Of a stretch of 64,000 bases of DNA, positions 60,747-64,000 are shown piece by piece. The DNA is taken from IMG/VR virus record IMGVR_UViG_3300025942_000001; one strand, 5' to 3'. The notes beneath the pieces are model-generated. The model had not been told where the DNA came from. It worked only from the letters and a program-made list of their open reading frames with translations, and did not search any database. A program made the position numbers and the translations under genes. Each line of letters starts with the position of its first letter. Position 1 is the stretch's first letter. The stretch comes from a virus. Taxonomy: Duplodnaviria; Heunggongvirae; Uroviricota; Caudoviricetes.

Positions 60747-61457
60747 ATGACACAATTTAATACTCGTAATATTATCGTTGGTGCAGCCGCTGTATTTCTA
60801 TCAACAGACGATTCACTAAGCACAGGATGGCCAGACAGCGTTACTCTGCCAGCTACATCAAGTGGTGTTCCTTTCGCAGACACGCTAAATGCTAACGCAG
60901 ACTGGAGATCAGCAGGTTTTACATCAAACGGTGTTGAATACATGTACAGCCCTAACTATGGTGAAGTAGAAGTAGATCAGTTGCTTGACGCTGCAAAGCT
61001 ATTCAAGCAGAAGATGACTGCATCTGTTAAGACTGAATTTGCTGAGGCAACATTAGAGAATCTATTGGTGGTATGGGCGCAAGCCGGTGCTTCACTTAGA
61101 TCAACAGCAGGTAGCCCAACAGCAGTAGACTCAACAGGTCGTATTGTTGATCAGACAAAAGACTTTAATGGAGTAACAGTTCCAGCCGATGAACAAGTTC
61201 TTGGTATGGAAGCGGGTGCGCTTGGTATCGAACCTGTTGAAAGACAGATGGTATTTGTTGGTGTATCCCCACGTACAGCCGGTAATAAAAAGCGTGAACG
61301 TATTTATCACCTACGTAGAGTTCTTTCGGTAGATCCATCTACTCACGGTCTAAAGCGTAACGACTCAACTAAATTCCCAGTGAACTTCCGTTTGCTACCT
61401 TCCGAGGTATCAGGTGCGGAATATGGTTCAATTAGAGACAGAGTTATTACCCCTTGA
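60747..61457 (+). CDS. major tail protein
   Basis: NIIVGAAAVF, GFTSNGVE..YSPNYGEVEVDQLLD, EFAEATLENL. Confidence 0.88.
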   Translation: MTQFNTRNIIVGAAAVFLSTDDSLSTGWPDSVTLPATSSGVPFADTLNANADWRSAGFTSNGVEYMYSPNYGEVEVDQLLDAAKLFKQKMTASVKTEFAEATLENLLVVWAQAGASLRSTAGSPTAVDSTGRIVDQTKDFNGVTVPADEQVLGMEAGALGIEPVERQMVFVGVSPRTAGNKKRERIYHLRRVLSVDPSTHGLKRNDSTKFPVNFRLLPSEVSGAEYGSIRDRVITP

Positions 61458-61479
61458 TAACATAAATCTTTAATTAGCG

Positions 61480-61508
61480 AAGGACACAGTTAACGCTGTG
61501 TCCTTTTG
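61480..61508 (+). terminator. intrinsic terminator
   Basis: AAGGACACAG-TTAACG-CTGTGTCCTT-TT. Confidence 0.8.
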
Positions 61509-61567
61509 CTATTATTTGCTAATAGCAGGTTGTCATGTTAAAATTAGATAATAAGAAAGGGGCTTCA

Positions 61568-61897
61568 ATGAAAACTGTATACACCATTGAAGAAGTAAAA
61601 CTTCAAGGAATTAAAAAGGCGGTTCAAGTCTGGCCGTTGACAATTAAACAATTTAGAAGAGTAGCTTCTGTTTTGAATACTATTCAAAATCCTAAGGAAG
61701 GCGAAGAAGAAAAACTTATTATGGACATTCTGTTGGAAGCAACTGCCATTGCAATGGAAACATTTGAGCCATCTCTATCAACTATAGAGGTTCTTGAGGA
61801 TCATGTTGATATGCCAACAATGGATTATATTCTTAATATAGCAACAGGAGTAACAGTTAACGACCCAAATCAGAAGGCAGCTCAAGCGGAGAGTTAG
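61568..61897 (+). CDS. tail assembly chaperone (G)
   Basis: PLTIKQFRR...LEDHVDMPT; between major tail and tape measure; ATG at 61568. Confidence 0.85.
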   Translation: MKTVYTIEEVKLQGIKKAVQVWPLTIKQFRRVASVLNTIQNPKEGEEEKLIMDILLEATAIAMETFEPSLSTIEVLEDHVDMPTMDYILNIATGVTVNDPNQKAAQAES

Positions 61898-62193
61898 ATT
61901 TAGTAGATTATGAAGCTGAGCTGCTTTATCATTATCCAGGCATGTATAAGAATTTCGATGATCTAGAGACGCATCTTACCAGGCAAGAATTAAGTGTTAT
62001 GATAGAAAAAGCCAGGGAGAAGAAATATGATGAACAGAGATTCTTGGCAGCACTTAAAGGTATTGATTTAGATGAAGGAAAAGAAACAGAATTTGATAAA
62101 ATCAAGGCTAGAGCTGAAGCAAAAGCTCTTGGTATTTCAGAAGAGCAATATGAATTGTCTGGACATTTCAATATAATAGAAGAGGATGAGTAA
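61861..62193 (+). CDS. tail assembly chaperone, frameshifted portion (T)
   Basis: -1 frame RPKSEGSSSGELDLVDYEAELLYHYPGMYKNFDDLE... Confidence 0.8.
   Translation, partial: RPKSEGSSSGELDLVDYEAELLYHYPGMYKNFDDLETHLTRQELSVMIEKAREKKYDEQRFLAALKGIDLDEGKETEFDKIKARAEAKALGISEEQYELSGHFNIIEEDE
61864..61870 (+). other. -1 programmed frameshift slippery site C CCA AAT
   Basis: X-XXY-YYZ in the chaperone frame; -1 frame open from 61861 to 62193. Confidence 0.85.
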
Positions 62194-64000
62194 AGATTAC
62201 ACAAAACATTGGCATTAATTTCACCGGTTCAGCCGACTTTAGTCAAGCAATGACTGAACTTAAGGCTCTTAATGCAGTTGCAGGCGATGTTGAGAAGCGT
62301 TTAAATACGCTTAATAGTGCACGCTTGGGTAATCTTGCTCAGAATGTACAGTCTGTTGCAGCACCTAAATTCCAATGGGATCAAGGTCTACGACAGACTG
62401 ATCTATTTGTAAAGAATCTTCAAAAAGGTAAAATGGAGATTCAGGGTATGCGAGATCTTATGGAGAAGCTCGCTATTCAATCTCGTTCAATGGCAGAGAA
62501 TCAGACAAGACTTGCAAATGCTGCTGTTAGACAAATGCCAAGTGGTCAAACACAAATGTATTTACCGTCTGTTAATGATGTAAATAAACTTAACGGCGGA
62601 TTAGAAGTATCCAACAGACAGTTTGGTATTCAAACTGAAATGCTCAAGGCTGCCAGTGTTCAGGTTCAAAACTGGGGTAAGAATATGCAGTGGGCCGGTA
62701 GACAGCTTATGGTTGGTTTCACTGTTCCATTTGCCGCAGCCGCAGCAGCAGCAGGAGTTTATGCTTTTCAGATTGATAAAGAAATCACTAGAATCACCAA
62801 GGTATATGATGGTGCTCAAGGTGAAGTAAGAGGTTTGGCTCTTGAAACAGCTACAACTGTTTCTCAAACAATGGGTAAAGCATCCAAGGATACTTTGGAT
62901 GTTATGGCTCAATTGGCTGCTATTGGTAAAACTGGGGCCGAATTAAAGCAGTCTACTATTGAAGTACAAAGATTATCAACTCTAGGTGAGATGGATTCAC
63001 AAACATCCCTTGAGTCTATTATCGCGCTTCAAGCAACATATAGAATGAGTACCAAGGAAACTGCTGATGCCGTCAACTATATGAATGCTGTAGAGAATGC
63101 CACTTCACTAAGTATGCAAGACTTTGCCAAGTCTATTCCTGTTATTGCCTCAACAATGTCTCAGCTAGGCGGAACTATTCAAGATACTGGTACATTGCTT
63201 GTTGCCATGAAGGAAAAAGGCATCGATTCCGTTGAAGGTTCTAACGGTATCAAGTCCATGATGAATAGACTTCTTAATCCTTCAAAGAAGGTACAGGAGA
63301 CATTCAAGGAATTGACCAAGGGTATGGATCTGAAAGAATTGGTCAATTCTACAAATGGTGAAGTTCTTCCAACAATGGAAAAGCTAGCTGAAGTAATCAT
63401 GGGCGGCAACATCGATATTATTGATCAGCAACGCCTAATTGGTCAATTAGCTGGTTCATACCAGATGACAAGAATGAATGCATTACTTGATGGTCTGGCT
63501 AATAAATCAACTCAGGTAACAAAGGCAATGGAAGTTGCAAATCAAGGTACTTCAAAATGGGCAGCAGCAGCGGCTAAAGAGCTTGAAGCTCAAGTAACAA
63601 GCACTTCAGGTAAGTTCCAAATTGCCGTTCAGACATTCAAGGATCAGTTAATGGGCTTTGGTGAAGTTGCATTGAAGATAGCTACCTGGATCATGGAAAA
63701 AGTTGGCGCGGTGATGGGCAAGCTTAATGATATGCCTGAATTCCTTAAAGGCTTCCTATTGATCGGTGCTGGTATTCTAGCAGTAGCCGGTCCTATTACT
63801 ATGATTGTTGGTATCTTTGCTAACTTTATTGGTACTATCGGTAGAGCGGTATCGTGGATTCTTAATCTAAATAATGGATACAAGACCTTAACTGTTGAAT
63901 CAAAGATTGCTGAAATTGCCTCTGGTAACCTAAGTAATAAATATTTATCAGAGGCAGATACAGTTCAATTATTGGTATTCCAACTTGATAAGTTAACCAG
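62190..64000 (+). CDS. tape measure protein (5' part; runs off the window; absent from the ORF track)
   Basis: Frame open from 62190: ITQNIGINFTGSADF...WAGRQLMVGFTVP...NAVENATSLSMQDFAKSIP; first ATG at 62250. Confidence 0.92.

Noticed and set aside
2090-63883. Many opposite-strand or alternate-frame ORFs in the track (for example 2090, 2449, 5331, 16487, 23536, 27703, 31346, 48017, 53637, 55374, 62601)
   Set aside because: They are shadows of well-supported genes, lack an RBS and have no motifs.

Overview
64 kb of a large lytic, siphovirus-type actinobacteriophage genome. Gene order and content resemble the large Streptomyces/Rhodococcus phages with long terminal repeats; that resemblance and the actinomycete host are inferred, not searched. 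Layout: (1) 1-23.3 kb, AT-rich rightward accessory arm with an RNA-repair module (Pol-beta NTase, Rnl1, Pnkp), SPOUT methylase, deaminase, WhiB, thioredoxin, two HNH genes, an Lsr2-like protein, a secreted clan GH-A hydrolase and a second ligase; (2) about 23.4-34.3 kb, a visibly GC-richer rightward segment, probably a collapsed terminal repeat/early region; (3) 36-45 kb, a leftward operon (HAD, exoribonuclease, ThyX); (4) 45.7-64 kb, rightward glycosyltransferase, EndoVII, class II RNR, GH25 lysin, stand-alone PAS protein, then portal, protease, capsid, tail genes, a -1 frameshifted chaperone and the start of the tape measure gene. No terminase, integrase or CRISPR array was seen. The top candidate for a new system lies in the GC-rich segment: a strong promoter followed by an actinobacterial rRNA-leader-like motif (CTTGAGAACTCAATAG), a ~455-nt highly paired RNA ending in an aberrant tRNA-Tyr-like module, and 3 kb downstream a D-armless tRNA-like module followed by a second ~570-nt highly paired RNA. 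All three tRNA-like genes in the window have abnormal anticodon arms. RNA structures were folded by eye, and all protein calls come from motif recognition without database searches.
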